Shown here: positions 30,203 through 32,000 of the stretch, piece after piece
Position numbering within the stretch: the first letter of the stretch is position 1
Layout: every line of letters starts with the position of its first letter
Origin: a metagenome
Direction: 5' to 3' (one strand)
Sequence record: Ga0494219_00056
Length of the DNA stretch: 32,000 nucleotides
Notes under the pieces: model-generated
Databases searched by the model: none
What the model was told of the DNA's origin: nothing
What the model saw: only the letters and a program-made list of their open reading frames with translations
Made by a program: the position numbers and the translations under genes

Positions 30203-30772
30203 CTAGCCCATGGTCGACGGATCGTTCATCCCGAGCATGGTTTCGATCGTAAACTTAAAGAACACGTACCCTCCCGCGCCCACCGCGACCACCGCCGCCG
30301 CCGTCTGCGGCTTCTTCAGCAGCGCCGCCACCGGCCTTCCGAACATGTACGCGAATCCGACCATGATGCTGATCGAAAATCGCGCGTACTTGACCATGTT
30401 CGCCCAAAACGGCACCTCCCCGCCCGCGAGCGCGAACAATTCGTTCGGCGTCGTCGTCGCCGCCGCCGCGTTATCCGCGCCGTCCGCCATCGTCCCCGCC
30501 ATCGCCGCGATCGCGTCCGCGCCGTCCGCGCATCCGCTCGCGATGACGCACGCCGCGAGCGCCGTGAGCGCCAGCGTTCGATCGCGTCGCGCGTCGTCGC
30601 TCTCCCGCGTCGTCGCCGTCGCGTTCGATCTCTCGTCGCGCCGCATCGTCGTCGTCTCGCGCGTCGTCGCGCCGCGGCGCGTCGCCGTCGCGCGCGCGCG
30701 CGTCGCGGACGACGGCGCGCGCGCGAGCGTCATCGCGCGCGCCATCGGCGTCGCGCGCGCGAGCGTCGGCAT
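30203..30772 (-). CDS. Ycf33 / DUF751-like plastid membrane protein, nuclear-encoded with a presequence
   Basis: Track ORF 30203..30835 starts on GTG, and the first ATG is at 30770-30772 (MPTLARATPMARAMTL...). The C-terminal 65 aa PFWANMVKYARFSISIMVGFAYMFGRPVAALLKKPQTAAAVVAVGAGGYVFFKFTIETMLGM follow the Ycf33 pattern (FWxNxxxYxRFxxSxxxG…KxP…MLG), as I recall it. Confidence 0.6.
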   Translation of the reverse strand: MPTLARATPMARAMTLARAPSSATRARATATRRGATTRETTTMRRDERSNATATTRESDDARRDRTLALTALAACVIASGCADGADAIAAMAGTMADGADNAAAATTTPNELFALAGGEVPFWANMVKYARFSISIMVGFAYMFGRPVAALLKKPQTAAAVVAVGAGGYVFFKFTIETMLGMNDPSTMG

Positions 30773-30957
30773 CGCGTGCGCGCGCGTGTGCGGCGTTCCG
30801 CGTCGTCGACGTCGCGCGCCGTCGCGGCGCCGCACAGCGCGACGACGGCGCGCGGTCGGCCGCGCGAGCGGTCGCGCGCGCGTCGACGCGGCGTCGGCGT
30901 CGCGCCGCGCCGACGACGCGATCGGACGCGCGCGCGGCGTCGATCGCTTCGAGCGCG

Positions 30958-32000
<1,043 letters not shown>

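Overview
This window is eukaryotic, not prokaryotic. It is a very GC-rich (by eye about two-thirds G+C, not computed), extremely gene-dense nuclear segment. It looks like a prasinophyte green alga of the Mamiellophyceae (Micromonas-like). That is an inference from composition, about 1.4 kb per gene, few introns, TGTAA poly(A)-type signals after several stop codons, and many plastid- or mitochondrion-type proteins. No database search was possible.

I can support 23 protein-coding genes on both strands:
- 3'-5' exonuclease-domain protein (partial)
- cytochrome b5/MAPR-like protein
- WEE1 kinase
- glycine-cleavage T protein
- organellar RecA
- Ubl-LRR protein, plus a Cys-rich upstream small ORF
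- cyclophilin
- alpha/beta hydrolase
- HxD..H oxygenase-like protein
- mTERF-like protein
- CURT1-like membrane protein
- Rieske/PaO oxygenase
- NEMF/Rqc2
- PAT1
- pyruvate dehydrogenase kinase
- bacterial-type RecD2 helicase
- HU-like protein
- PEX11-like protein
- MTA nucleosidase
- Sfi1-like repeat protein
- Ycf33/DUF751-like protein
- DDT/WHIM-like protein (partial)

The ORF track prints M for GTG/TTG starts, so I re-anchored starts to the first in-frame ATG. Most other long ORFs in the track are Arg/Ala-rich shadow frames produced by the GC content. I found no rRNA, tRNA, CRISPR array, transposon or prokaryote-style defence island, and I do not claim a new system.

The observations most worth a second look are:
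- a RecD2-type helicase with a one-base frame break
- its head-to-head pairing with an HU gene that seems to need a 136-nt intron
- a similar hidden intron in the cyclophilin gene
- a recurring TTTTCGCGC (E2F-like) motif just upstream of several start codons
- two upstream ORFs that end in ATGA on the main start codon
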